A stretch of 64,000 bases of DNA from Schmidtea polychroa. Lineage: Eukaryota. The notes below the pieces were generated by a model that saw only the letters and a list, made by a program, of their open reading frames with translations, did no database searches and was not told where the DNA came from. How positions within the stretch are numbered: the first letter of the stretch is position 1; each line of letters opens with the position of its first letter. The translations under genes and the position numbers were made by a program. Shown one piece after another: positions 23,648-45,494 of the stretch. Location of the stretch: contig CM097885.1 of the NCBI GenBank assembly GCA_044892525.1, forward strand, positions 46,935,727-46,999,726, read 5' to 3'.

Positions 23648-24861
23648 ACTGTACTCAACCAGTTGTTAGAAAAATTGAAAATGAGTAATTAAATTCCATT
23701 ATCAGTAAAATCTTTAATTTGGTTAAAGAGAATTATACAAGTTTTCACGATATCACATATTTTTTTACATAACTTTTTATAAATTATAATTTTAATTTTA
23801 TTAAAAATGCGCGTCAGTTCAACATAGTACCGTTGTTTGAAAAACTAACGCTCTTGAGTTTTTTGGTAAAAATGTATTTTAAAGATACAAAAACTAGCGG
23901 GATATTGTTATGTTCCCAAGCAAGTTAGAAATTTTAGAAAATCATTGTTTACAAAGACTTACATAATATTCCATATCTATTGTAATTTTGCATCTTTTCA
24001 TGAGTCAGCTTTACATTAATGCATTAATTCTACCGTCATTTAGCCGCCGAAAATATTCTCTCGCCTTTAACGGATGTTGGTTTCACACTTTCAAATTTAA
24101 TGGTAAATTAAGTTCCCTTCGTATTTGATATTTTCTGTTCAAAATTCTGGGATTTTTAACAGTAATTTTGTTTCGCTTTTTCTGTAATAAAATTCTCTCA
24201 TTTTCAGAGTTTTCATGATGTTATACTGAATTTTTATAGATTAATAAAATACATTTTTAATCAGAGATAATCGCCTTCTAAGAATTTGATTTTCAAAATT
24301 TAAATAAATATTTTATAAAATTTAAAAAGAATTCTAAATTTATGATAATTTATTTATTTATATTATGTAAAAAGATCAAAAATTTTAGTAACGTAGAATT
24401 TAATTTTTGAGCTTTTGTTAGAAAATAAAAGAAAAATTATCAAAACATAAAAACAGATCAAATGTGACCAAATAAAACTTTACTAATAAAAATTTAAAAG
24501 TAAAATTATTAATAAAATAACCAAATATAATAAAAAATTGAAGGTTATAATGTGAAAGTTAGATGACAAAATTAATCAAAATTATCAAATCGCATATTTG
24601 CAGAAAATTGTTTTCAAAAATAATGTCATATCTAAATGCACTTTATGTTCAATTTCAGTTTAAAATATAAAATGAGATTGTAAAGTTTCGAATAAATCAT
24701 AAATTAAAACTTCATATAATCCAATTTTTATTATAATAAATTTTGAAGTTTGCATTTATAATGAATCTCTACTGCGCCTAGCTTTTATTTTCTCAAAAGC
24801 TTTAATGACATTTTGTATGTAAAGAATTCAAAATAATGCACATCCATAAACACAACCATAC

Positions 24862-25088
<227 letters not shown>

Positions 25089-28000
25089 ACATACCTACAT
25101 ACATACATAATATATAAATTGTAATAATAAAAATGGGGTTATTGGTATGTTTTTTTGCCTAGTTAGTAAATATCGGACGCACATTATTTCGTTATATATT
25201 AAATTTTATTTTTTAAAGAAAATATCTTGCATCAATAAAACAAATATTTTTTAAAATCATTTATATTCCAAATTAAAATATACTGATTAATAAAATATTC
25301 AATATACTCTTGGTTCACATTATTAAAAGAAAATTTATTAAATTTATAATTATTTTAAAATTTTTGTGGCTTTTATTAATTAATTTCAATACAAATGATT
25401 AAATAAATTATTAATATATTATTTATTAATTAATAATTTTAAATAAATAAAATAATTCTCATAGCAGACATTCTTGTAGTACATGAAATCCTTACATCAA
25501 TTAAAATTAAACTCCCCATCACAGTTTGGTTGTAATTTTAAAACTAATTAATTAAAACAAAATAGTACAATTCAAAAATTATTAATCCTTCTTTCTATCA
25601 TATTAGTAAACAATCAATTTACTAATGATATTATGTTAGATAAATTTGTTTAATTAACCGTGTTAATTTTTGAAAATTAAAGGAAATAGGATTAAATAAA
25701 TCACTGATAAGCTTTAGGGGCATTTTGGGCATTTCAAAATTACAGAAGTCTTTTCGGTTAATTGATTTGAATACATTATAGAATTCCTTTCAAAAAAATA
25801 TTCAAATATTACAAAATAAAATATCAAAATATAATTAATATTTATTTTCTCTGTTCAACATGCTTAATTTCTAATTTTGAAATTATTTTGAAATTAATTT
25901 ATTTAAACAACATGATGTACTTAATTTTATATTTCTATTACGTTTTGAGCATCTAGGATATTAATTTTATCATTGATAAGAAAACTATTTTGCTATTGTA
26001 TCTGTTAGATTATTAACCTTCTTACAAACCTTGGAAAGGCCTAACCTAAATATGAATAAATTTATGCATAACCACTATTTTGTCATTTACTGGTTTTCAT
26101 GTAAACTGCAGGTAATCTTCTCGGTAAAAAAATAATGATATTATTCATCAAATTTATTGGGGTTATCGATAAAATGTGAAAATAACAATTATTAATCAGA
26201 CTTCAAGCGTGTTTTATCTAATAACAACAACAATAAATTCCAGACAATATAAACTTTTATTGATCAACACAATTGATATACCAATTTAAAGTGACACAAA
26301 TAATTCAATATTACAACAATCACTTTGAGAGCTTATTACAACCTTTCGAGAAGAGTGGTACGTCTGTAACATAACTGGAAATTTACAACCACTTAACTAC
26401 TGTCTCTGTTTTCGACAATCGGTAGAATCGATTGAGTTGCTTTCCTGGGTTTAATTTGAAATTACTTGATACTAGCGATTAATAAATTTAATAATTTGTT
26501 TTAAATTTCTTTTCGATCTGACAATGTTTCTCCAATAATTTCGTAATTCTCTTTATCCTCGCCTTTACGTTTCTGTTTTATCGCCCGTCTGTTTTTAAAA
26601 TCGTGTCATTGTTTTCCTTTACAAATTGTGTTTCTGAATCCAAATTTTGTTTTGCTTTTATAGTTTGCCATCAAATAGCACTTATAGGTTTTTACTTTTT
26701 CTTCCAGCACATTCTCTTCAAACTTCCCTAGTTTTTCTATTGTCTCTGACAGCTATCGAGATATATAATTTTAAGAATTTTTTTTGACTTTTCCGGTGAT
26801 TCATTTATTATTTCGGTTATGCTTTCAAAATAAAGAAATTCCATTCTTTAATTTGCTTTTTGTTTTTGTTTCTTGTTTCTTATTCGCACTTATTACCACC
26901 TTTCGTGTTTCATTGTTTAATTTTATTGACACTGTTATTTTTTTCTCATTTTCAATATCTTTTCTCACTTTTATTTCTCAGAACAACCATTTCATACATT
27001 TTCTCCTGATCATTTTGTTCATTCAATAATTATTTTATTCTATTTTTTATGTATCCTCAATAAAATATAATTTAAATAAATAAAAAAGGGTCAAGCATTT
27101 TCCCAGTATTTATTAAATGAAACATTTCGACCAAAAATAGTTTCTGTTTACTACAATACGAAATTTTAAAAAAATTCTTCTCTCTCTCTTTCTCTCCCTC
27201 TTCAATTTAATCTTCCTTACCTAGTTTAATTTTTAAAAGTATTTTCATTTTGATTAAATTGATATATTTTTGGAAATATATCAAATGAAAAGCAAGAAAC
27301 CATTGCATTTGAATACAGACTAAACATTTAAATTATTATATTATAAATTATTATTATTATAAATTATATTATATTGTTTCATTACTAATTTAAATTTAAT
27401 AATTATTGCAAATAACCCTTCTAAACATCTCATGTTAGAAAATATTTTGAAAAAACTGATTGAGACTTGGCTAAATGTACGAAATATAATCGTATTATAA
27501 AATGTAAATAATGTAACACTTCCTCAGTCAGTCAATTGAAAAATGAAAACTCTAATTTTAATAGATAGGAAGAAAAACTACAGGTGAAAACATCATTGTA
27601 TTTTTAAACTATCTCAATACTTGATTTTGTGGAAGGAAAGCTTGACAAACTTCTTGAAATGTTTCTCACGATGGATTTTCAATTAGAAACACATTAAAAA
27701 TAAAACAAGAAATTATCACGAAAACTGCAGAAAATTACACAAGGTGATGTCATTCTTTGATGAATTAAAATGTCAACATTTATAAGACGGCTTCAAAAAC
27801 TCCTTGATTCCGAAACATCAATTATTAAAAGCCCAATCTTTACAACAATATTCAACTCGTATATATGAATCAGAATTTCTTTTGTTTTTTTGTAAAAAGC
27901 AGTGCCGAAACCTTGGATACGCAAAAAATCGATCAAAAGTGAACAAAAATATAAGAGATGTAATTAATTAATATAAATGTTAGAAAGGTGAATTTACATC

Positions 28001-29916
28001 ATTTGAAGGGTGAAACTTCTCAAAATGTGATTTACTGAAGAAATGTTTTGTCTTTTTTGCCACATTGCAATACTAAAATATAATCACCAGTTTTAAGAAA
28101 GAAAATTTTGTGATTATTAGGGGGAAAATAAATCACTAGGAACTGGTACCATTCAACAATTAAGCGAACTGCTATTTTGGAAATTCTTTTAAACTATTTA
28201 GGAATTATTTTTTTATTATATTGACTCTATTTGGGATCTGCATTAACCAATGGGAAACATTATTTATTCATTAAAACAAATAAATACACAGCAATGTCAC
28301 GGCTACTATTATCATAGAATGAAATGTATAAAGATCTAATTAATTATCACAGTAAAAGAGAAAATGAAACAAATGATCAATAATTGAAAAAAGAATTAAA
28401 TATTAAAGACAAATTAATTTACGAACTCACATGACGATTTGTACGCACGTATGTAAACGTTGAGAAAGTTGATTGCGAGTTTAATTAACTGCAGACAAAA
28501 TTATGGAATTATTCATTACTGAGGTATTACAGTTTGGCCAAACTGAAAAAGATCAAGCGTTGTATTAAAATATAGAGTTTTTTTTCATGTTTTAATCTGC
28601 AATTAATTTAATATAATTTTTTTATTCTTTATCTTCAACTCAATAAATTTAATTAACATCAAGTTAAATATTTATATAAAATTTAATTGATTAAAATTTA
28701 TATTTTTTTATGGGTTTTACAATTTAAAATTTTAGAATATTTTTTAAAATCATTAATTTTAAATTTTATAATTAAAATAAAACATTTTGTTTGGTTATAT
28801 ATAGCTGCATTATTATCGGGATTATATTCTTTCTATTAAAATCCAAATTTTCGATTTAATTGTTTGTTTTAATCGGTTCAATAATAATGATTTTATTAAG
28901 AAAATAAAGTACGTAATGTAATTACAAAATTCAACAGTTGTATATTCCCACATTTATTGCCTAATTTCTCGACTGTCTTAGTAGTATTAAATCAAGTTAA
29001 TTTTATAATAAAAATAAACAAATAGATTTAAAAGTACAAAAATTCAAATGTGAAACAAGTGAAACACAAAAATTTGAATTAGAAACAAAATTAATTTAAA
29101 ATTAATTTAAATTAAAAATTAATATTTTATGAGGGAAAAAGTATGAGTGGATAATAGGAGTATGACTATTTCACAACCCCCTATTGGCATATGTGGAAAA
29201 GATGAGTTTTTGATATGAAATAAGGAATTTGTGCATTTCAGGTATTTTTTTAAAAAAAACGTCCCCCACCAAACAAGGTTTCAAAAAGTGTGACAGACTC
29301 TCGAATTAACCGTATAATATTACAAAAAACACATCAAAACTTTTAAGTATGGTAATGTACAATGTACACTAGCAGTAAAATAGTCACCGAGTTCAAAAAA
29401 AGATATAGCATAGAATATTTATTTTATGTTTAAGTTACTCAGTTAAACAATACCGAATATTTTGATAAAGAAATCCAAAAAATATTGAAAACCTAAAATT
29501 TCTTTGATAAATGTTTTACTTATTTCACTTTTTTAATTTCTTTAACTTTATGTGCGCAAAAAATTGAAATGAAAAAAAATTAAATTTTGGATAGTTAACA
29601 GATAGCAACGACCCACAATCAAAACTACTTATTTATGATTAGTAGAAAGAAACTTATTTACTATAAATTCATGTTCAAACCAATTGGGATAGCTAAAGCA
29701 TCTTCTGAAGATAAAAATGATGAATAATTTAAAATGAGAAATTTGTCGTAGAAATAATTTGAACATAAAAAATTTGTTATCCGGATACCCGATCCAACTA
29801 CCCGGGTAATAAAATACTCGAAAAAAATAAATTATTGGGTACCCGCATTGGAAACACTAATTACTACATATAAAGTTTTTATTGAAGTGAAAATTATTCG
29901 GCAAATTATTTGGTTC

Positions 29917-30064
<148 letters not shown>

Positions 30065-30649
30065 TATTAATTAATTGAATTGCGAAAGCTAATAATTTAT
30101 AAATTATTATATAATTTGTTTGATAAAGAAAAATCAACTCTAATAATTTCAAAGTAAATAAATAAATATTTACAGGTTCATGGCAAATAAATTATCAATT
30201 AAATATTTAAGGGCATAAAGGCTTTATTTAATAAAACCGTTTTGATTTATAATTAAAAATAAAAAATAATATATTGATTTTATTTGAAGTTTGTTGATGA
30301 GACATAATAAATAATTAAATATAATATTCCGGGAAAGATCTATGGCAATTAAAAATTCATCAAAGCGGAATATTGCGTTTTAATAATTAACAGTATTATG
30401 AAATCATATTCTAACAATCTTTCATGGAATTTGTAGAATTTCCTAAATTTTTCTTTTCCGGCAATGACTTTTAAACTGTAATTAAATTAATTTTTTTAAT
30501 ATTTTAATTTGTTTGTTGTTTTGTTTCTCAATTAAAATGACAGGAATTCTTCTCATTTATTTCTAATTTTTCTCTAATAAATATTTGGATGCTGCAAGTT
30601 GTTAATAATATTAATAATAAATGAAGATAATAAAAATTATAATGGAAAT

Positions 30650-30770
<121 letters not shown>

Positions 30771-30909
30771 GTTTATAATATAAATCTCTCCTTGGAATAA
30801 AGTGAGAGGCATTAATTAAATCCGTAAAAATGTATAAATGCGACATTATTCTAAATTTGTTTAAAAGTTTTATTTTGTAAAATATTGCGTCATATCCCAG
30901 CCATAGAGT

Positions 30910-31899
30910 CAATGGCGTACTGAGGCAAAGTGCCGCCTAGGGTGAAACTAGGAAGTGCCTGGTTACTGTACAATATGCACTGTACAAACTGTACCAATTA
31001 ATGCAATTTTATTTAAATCTGTATTTAATAAAGAAACTATATCCTTTAGACTACTTTAACTTAGTATTTAACTTAACTAGTACTTTGGGACTAATATGGA
31101 GCAGACTAGTAACAAATTAAGAAGTCTTATTTATTAATTTAACATCATATCAGCAGTCAAGTTATCGACTTACCAACATTAACATTTAAAATTTCATTTT
31201 TTTGGCTTTCAATGCTGCAAAATCTGCAATGACTGTATCGAAGATAATCTTATTGGACAAATCCTGTTCAATTGAAAGAATTGCTAAATTGGAAAGTCGT
31301 AGTTCTTAGATAGGTTTTGATCAGTTTTAGTTTTAAACGAAGAACCTTTGTTTGAAGACTTTTTTGAGTTTCATTTATTTATTTTTGCTCGTTTTTGACA
31401 GTTTTGCTGACATGTAACATAAGAATGGACCAAAAAATGTTAATGTATTAACAACTTTCTCAGCACAATGCACTCCTGCTAAATTTAAACTATGATTTGT
31501 ACAAGGTAAAAATACAGCTTTTAGGTGGATATCTGAGATATGCTTTCCGACCCCAGTATGACTTCCAGTCATCGTCGCAGCATTGTCGTATCCTTGACCT
31601 CTACAATCTTCCAAATTAAGTCCATCATTTTTGAGTTTTTCGATTATCTGTTAGCACTGATGCAGTTTTATATAATAACTACTTTTGATGAAAATCTGGA
31701 TATTAAAACAAAAATTTGATTTTTTATATAATAAATACACACGTAATAAACAATATAGTACTATTCGGTAGTATTAGTCACAGTTGACGGTTGGTGTCAC
31801 TTTGTGAATTGTTAATTTAAAATAATTTGATTTTTAAAAAAAATAAAATGCCGCCTGGGGCGGTTTGTTCCCTCCCTCTGCCCCCTCACTACGCCAGTG
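30910..31899 (-). mobile_element. hAT (Tip100/ZMYM1-like) internally deleted element
   Basis: TIR CAATGGCGTA / TACGCCAGTG; perfect 8-bp TSD CATAGAGT (30902-30909, 31900-31907). Internal DCRGQGYDNAATMTG...AVFLPCTNHSLNL and a KLKLIKTYLR...LSNLAILSIE remnant. Confidence 0.9.
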
Positions 31900-33423
31900 C
31901 ATAGAGTTATAAAGGAAGTTTGAATTTGTATTGTCAAAGACGGCTAAAAGCTATTGAAGAAATGTAATAAAAATGCCAAATTATTTTTTGAACCTTTGTG
32001 TAATTTAAAAAAAAATACTTACTTAAAAAATAGCACTGCCTTGACTGGTGTAATTCATATTATCAAGGTATGTATTAATCGCGGTTAAAATAAATGCAAA
32101 GAGTAATTTAGCTAATATGGTGACTACATTGACGAATTTTATCAAATCACCAGAAAACTATGAAAGTGGCGCAGAATTAGAAAATTTTATTCAAGAATGC
32201 GAGAGACTTTTTGACTTGATGGTTATTTCAGAAAAATACAGAGGTAAATTTGGAAAAAGAGTTTGAAGCTACAAAAGAAAATCTAGTTTACACGGACCTA
32301 TCAAAATAAACTTAAGAAACCAATGAATTGAAGTGAAGCTATTCAATATCGCCAAGTAACTGAAACTGCAAATAATTTTTTCCATAAAATAAAAAATTAA
32401 CAATGCAAATTGTCCATCAGAAATTGAATGAGGAAAACGTACAGAAATATTTACTTTTTAATGCATTATATTATAATGATTATAACAAGGGTGCTCGACT
32501 TTTTCAAAGGAAATTCGCATAGACGCATTAAGAACGTAAAACTTTAACGTATTAAAAACTAAAAGCATAATCTCCATTATTCTAAATTTTCAAAAACAAT
32601 AAGTCTTTATTAAATGTTTTTTCTTTCATGTAGAGAAATTTCAGGTACCGTTGGAAATTTTAAAGAATAAAAAAATCTGTGGAACTCAGGTTGAAGACCT
32701 CTGCATTTGAAAATAACAAAAAAAATTATAATAAATTAAAATAAATAAAATAATAATTAATTAAATAAAAATATATCCATTAGCTACGATTATTTAATGA
32801 ATTGGGAAAGGGAGGATCAAATGTGTATCAAATATGACACATTCCACTATGTATATTTATTAATATCTTTTATTTTATATTTTAACGTATAAAATATTTT
32901 GATGTGATATTAAATTAAAAAATATAAAATGACATATATTTAAAAGAAATAATGGCAAATTTGATCGCCATAGCCTTTGGATTAAAAAAAAGACAATAAT
33001 ATCTAGAAATAAGCACCCGATTCAGAAATTAATTCTCATTTGATTCACAATAATGGAAAATATTTTTCTATGGGAAAATGAAATGATGCCTACTATGAGA
33101 CGGTGGATTGTTCAATTCCTCAAATGCTAGAAATACAATTGAGCAATCTATTCTGCGATATAATGTTCATGATTACAAAAGATTTAATTAAACAGATTAT
33201 CAAAATTTAGCGCATTAATGATGATAAGGAAGAACAGCAAAGGAGCATGAACATGAGAATGAAAACAGTTTTATTTTGATTGTTTCAATTACGAAACTTT
33301 TGTTTCTGAAAATGTTTCCTCATTCCATGGCTTAATGGAAACAAATATTTCCATAACTCACCGGCATAAATTCAATTATTAGAATTAAGAAATTTCATTC
33401 AAAAAAATAATAATAATAATTTC

Positions 33424-33733
<310 letters not shown>

Positions 33734-33770
33734 AGTGTAAAAAGTACAATAATAGAAAACTAATACTTAA

Positions 33771-33914
33771 CACATTGACGGACACTAAATATTCAAGGGG
33801 GTTCAAATTGTTTTGATGGTTCGTATTGTGACGCAATATATAGATTTTCACGATGTCGCCTGCATTAGTCACTCTATTATTTCAAAATAACGACTACTAT
33901 AGTCCGTCAAAGTG
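33771..33914. mobile_element. TTAA-specific (piggyBac-like) MITE
   Basis: TTAA|CACATTGACGGAC ... GTCCGTCAAAGTG|TTAA. Confidence 0.75.
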
Positions 33915-35128
33915 TTAATAAATATTATACATTGTACATTATACATTAAACAATATTCCAAACGTTTCAACTGATTGCTTAAAGTTAGCAATGGTTTGAG
34001 CAAATTTGAATGTCCTTTTATTTCTCCTTTCTTAAATAAATGATATAATTCTGCCGTTTACATCAATATTTTTTATTGTCAATAATATTTTTCTGCCACG
34101 AGGATCATTTTAATACCATTTTAGGATCATTTTTCTTTTAGACGAGAAAGTTATTATCTCTCCCTTTTTATACATACTTTGACTCTTGCCCGAATTCTTA
34201 TGGCTGATGTACTCGCTATTTTACATTTTTCAATTGGCATTTTAATCGCGCTATGTTTCAATCGAAAATATTTGTGATTTTATAGCAAAAAATGTAACAA
34301 GGATTCACTTTTGCCATGATAGAGGATAATGAAAGTGAACCACTAATTGAAATTTAATGCAAAATTCAAGCGCAGTGGGTGTACTTTTGGATATAGACAA
34401 ACAGTGACATTTACCACTGCTCTCAACATAGAAACTTAGAGGTTATGACAGTTGCATTCAGAGCTCGATTGCTTAGTAATTAATCAAAGAATATGCGTTT
34501 ACAATTAAATTTAAAAAAATTTCAGTAGTTTGTTATTTTAATTAAAAAAACTAAAATGGCTCATTTAAATTGAAACAGAGGTAATATAGCATTTTGTAGG
34601 GAATTATATGGAAAGTCAAATGGCATACAAATACTTTGAAATATTTTTTCTTTACATTTAAAAAACCTGAAGTGAAAAAGATGTAAAATAGAAAATCAAT
34701 ACTTTTTAATAAATTTTAATATATCATCTTGTATGGCAAGTCTAATGATATGAAATATGACTTCGAAAATAATCTTGCCTAACACAAATCAACAAACATT
34801 TGGTAATATTAGCATTTCAAAATATCTTTGGTGTGTCAGTATTAATGTTTCATCAAAAGTTTCAAAAATCCTCCTTTTCCTATTTTTGACCATCTTTCAA
34901 TAAAATATGAAAACAGGGTTTGTAAAAAGTTATGTCTCAAAAAACTCAGAAATTATATATTCAAAAATCTCAAAGATTTTCTTTTTGCAAAAAATTTTTC
35001 CTGGAAATAATTTTTTACTTCTAACAAATTTACTAGCTCTTGCTAAATGACAAAGGACATCATGAGCAAGAGGTCTCATACCTACCAACTTAGATAACAC
35101 TAGTGAGATTTATGAATATTTGGTACGA

Positions 35129-35312
<184 letters not shown>

Positions 35313-35970
35313 TATTTGTTTGTCAAACATGAATATAATTTCATCAAATATGGATGATGAAGAAATTATGGAACAGTTTTATGATATCGATCATGAGAAC
35401 AATTTCGATAAAAATTCTGACTCTGAAATAGATTTTGGAAGTGAAGCATCGGAAGAAGAAAATGAACAATGTGCGTAAACAATGCTTCTATAACCGAAGA
35501 GGACTTATATACTTCTTCATGTTTAGTATATAGATTAAAGCACTGAACGCTCGAAAATGGGATTAAACCACAAATAATGATTGGAACCCGTATTATAAAG
35601 AACTATTGAAATTATTTATATTTGACATTTTTTGACTATAACAAGAGCATTGTGTACCAAATTTACATGTGAAGTTGCCATCAAAAGTGGAAAAGTTATG
35701 GTAAAAACCAAAACACATATGATTAAAAGATTAAGAGGATGTTCATTATGAAGATTTACAACATTGTGAAATAAAAAATAATAAGGTGACAGTGGTGAGG
35801 AATTTAATCTGTGTAATCATACAATAAAAATTTATTCGAATTTGTATTAAAAATAAACGTTTCAATTGTTTTTAGTCATATACAAAAAATACCGAACATC
35901 TTTCGTAAGAGCCTAAATATTTCTCCTCTCGACACTTTAACAAACTAAATAACGTTTTGATAAATTCATA

Positions 35971-36739
35971 CAGTAATACCTCGTACAACGCTCTATATGC
36001 GTTCCTGGGAATTGAGCGTAATAGAAAACAGCTCTATAGAAGGCAAGAAACTAAACTTTAGGGGTTACATCAATTTAGAGCGTTGCCGATTCGATTGTTT
36101 CTCTTTTAAAATTTCAATGTACGTAGTAGGACTTTTTGAAACACCTCTCTTAATAAAACCAGCGCCTTCAAAATCAGGGTCATTGTCAGTTAGAAGGTTT
36201 AAAGCTTTGTCAATTATTTCTAAATTTTCTTCTAAAACCTTTTTTGTCAATTTCTTTGGCAGCTCTACATTTTCATCATCTTCACTTTCGTGGTTTTGTT
36301 ATGATTAGTCTCCGATTTCGATTAAATCTTCATTGGAAAGGCCTGCATCATGCAATTTGATTATCTCTTCTACGTCTTCGTTCATTAGATCGTCGAACCC
36401 CACATCATGTGCAATTTGTTCTGTTTCCACGATAATGGAGTGCAAGTTATCGGGAACAGAATTTTCATTTTCTTTAAGAAGAATTTTTTTTCCAAACACC
36501 TCGCATGGAATCATTTGTAACTTCATTCCAGGAGTCTCTAATAGTTTCAATCGCCATCATGATATTGGAAATTTTCCAAAATTTCAAAATTGTTTATTTT
36601 TGTACATCAACTACATGTAAAAGTTGCTTGAATGTATACCCAAGGTATTCTTTTTAATGATTTTTTCATATCGAAATTTTTTTTTGAGCGTTATAACGAA
36701 ACAGCGTTGTAAGAGGGAGGGTTATACGAGGTATTATTG
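35971..36739 (-). mobile_element. Tigger/pogo internally deleted element
   Basis: TA|CAGTAATACCTCGTACAAC ... GTTATACGAGGTATTATTG|TA. Minus ORF fragments (GFDDLMNEDVEEII...LSNEDLIE) resemble Tigger transposase C-termini. Confidence 0.82.
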
Positions 36740-36889
36740 TATTTCATTTATTTCAATTAATTAAACATTCTACTGACAAATAATCACGGCAATGGAATCT
36801 AGAAGCATCTGTGTTGATTTTATTTAACAAAAAATGAGCTTTATTCACAAGTATTTAACAATGACAAAAAATACCACATAAAAATGATT

Positions 36890-42812
<5,923 letters not shown>

Positions 42813-44394
42813 AATGGAAATGCCTAATAGAGTAAAATCAAAACCAAATAAAAAAAAACTCAAAATTTTAATTTAAATTGAAACGAAATTCTGACGAATT
42901 TATCTTATCGACTAATGTACAATTGAGCCGGCAGAAAATAATTGAGATGAAAAAAATTTCTTCAGTGTTTTTTTTAGTTTGTAACAATTAAACAATTTGT
43001 CAATTGATAATTAACTAGAGCGAACAACAATCGGAGATCCGTCAGACAGATTTTTAAACGTTTAAGCCATACAGACTCGCTGTCAATCGACAGTAAAAAT
43101 AAGAGGAAGTCACATCGGCTAATTTTTTTGATTGATAGACTCTTTCAAAGATTTAATTCCATAAAGATCATTATTCAACTAGTGTAGATAATTTTCAAAG
43201 GCACATTAAAAATATAAATCAACAAAAAGCCTCCTAGATTAAAGTCATTTCCTTACAAACTATGATAGAAATTATTCTGCGCGTTATTAAATCATTTAAT
43301 GATGATCGAGAAATTTAATTTTTACTTTTTTCTCTTTAGAATTTCCCCCTATTTGTTATTTGCCAACAGATTTGTTCGGTTATTTTCGTTTAAATATTTG
43401 TTTTAGAATTAGCTAAGAGAATTTAATTTTTTATTTTATTTATTTATAATAAATTTATAATATCTAGTTTAATTAACAAAATTCACTTACTTAGATTTGT
43501 AAATTTTCGAAATTAAATACTAAATTTACAATGAAATCGTTTAATTAATATCTTTTATCATTAATTAAATTTTTTTTAATCAAATTCAATCGACCAATCA
43601 AATGCCGACCTGTTTGAATTGCATTTTGTAATTGGTTTAACTTTTGGTAATATTTTCAAGTCAGCGAATATGAGAAAGATGAAGTTTTACCTAAAATGGC
43701 TTGTTGCTATTGGATTTTGTTTGTATTTTCAATGATCATCACATGGACTTGTTCCGGTGTTTTAATTATTTTGAAATAAAAAATATTTTTGATTTTCTTA
43801 GTAATTTCAATGAATATTTCTGTATTTTTTATTTGTTGTCGATTTCTCAATAGTTAATTAAAAAAATAAATAATTAATTAATTTAATTAATTAATTATTT
43901 TTTATTATTTTAATAAAACTAATTTTCATTGACTGATGTTATTTTTCTTTTATATTAATTGTTCATTGACAATCAATAAATTTATTAATAATAATTAGTT
44001 TGATTTTTCTTGTCAAAATTATTTTTCATTAACTTTGATAAAACAATTTAATAAAAATTAAGTTATTTTATTGAAAACTTTTAATAAAATAATATTTTTT
44101 TTCAAATTATGAATTTGAAATTTTTGAATTTATATCTTAATGATTTGCAACTGATTTTAATTAACGGTACCGTGATAATGCTATAGGTAAACCCAGATGG
44201 GACCGAAGTCATAGTTTGTCATTTATTAATATTTTTTATTTTATGCGTGATTAAAAATAGTAACAGTAACACTATTTTAATTATATGGCGCGCTATTGCA
44301 ACACGCGATGAATACAATTGGAATTGTGATAAACAAACTAAGAAGCTTTAGTACGTGCGTTTCAGAAGATTTTTAAAGGGATGGTATTCCTACC

Positions 44395-44837
44395 CAGGCT
44401 CGTCGAGAGACAACACCGGATCCAGGGAAAAACCTAAAAAAAATTTTTGAGCCTAAAAAAGTAAAACAAAATATATTTTATAGTAATTATTTAATTTAAC
44501 TTAATTATGTATTATAAATTAGTGTAACAAAGCTTTTCGCGCTTTATTTTGCAAAATATTTTATAAAATTTTTGAAATCTAGTTCCCTCTCTTAAAGCCG
44601 CTTCGATAGCTTAAGTACCCAAGCTATATTAACCGATTTTGACGCATAGTTGATCTTAATAAGTTTTTACTCTCGCCAATGTTATTTGTTTAATTTATGT
44701 TAATTAAAATGTCAAAATAAGGGTAAGTAAATAGAAATGGCAAACAACGCGACGGACGGGCTAGGGGTACGTAAAAAAGTTTCCGGAGTCCGGGCCCAAG
44801 GAATTCTACCCATTCCCGCACCCTCTCGGCGGTACTG
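44395..44837. mobile_element. hAT MITE
   Basis: TIR CAGGCTCGTCGAGAG / CTCTCGGCGGTACTG; TSD TTCCTACC / ATCCTACC. Confidence 0.78.
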
Positions 44838-45070
44838 ATCCTACCTAGATTACGACCTTGAATATTGTTGGGGTTTAGAAAAGTAGCAATGAAAGTAGAA
44901 TTAATAAAAAATCCAAGTACAATTAACTTAATGTAAATGTTAAATGTAAAATTTGTTCAAAATTAAACAACATTTAAAGATTAAATTCATTAAAAAGAGA
45001 GCTTGAAGACTATAAATCAGTAATATATCGATGTTTTTGATATTCACGAATTTTCGGCACCCGTTCGGAG

Positions 45071-45494
45071 CAGCGCCCTCTCTTCCATTGTGCTAACTGT
45101 GCTAAGCACAGGGGGCGCCGTAAATTTTATAAAAGCCATAAATTTGATAAAATTGAAAAAAAAATTGAAAAATTATAAACAAAACAAAATGAAAGAAAAT
45201 CGAAAAAAAAATTATTTATATATTTATGTTTGAAAGAAATTTATTTTTTTCTTAATTTTTTTGTTTAAAGAAAACATTAGACTGTTGAATTTTTGTAATG
45301 TTAATTTAATATTATTTTTTTATTGTTTTTATTTGTTCGTTTGTTATCTTAGTCATTGAAATAAAATGATGTAATATATAATATTAATATATGTATATGC
45401 AATTATGTGTTATATATTATTTTGTAAAAATTGTTTTTTAGGGGCGCATTATAGTTTATAGCACAGGGGCGACAAATTTCTAAAGATGCCTTTG
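45071..45494 (+). mobile_element. hAT MITE, copy 1 of a family also at 50716-51164
   Basis: Perfect 8-bp TSD GTTCGGAG; ends near-identical to the reverse complement of 50716-51164. Confidence 0.9.
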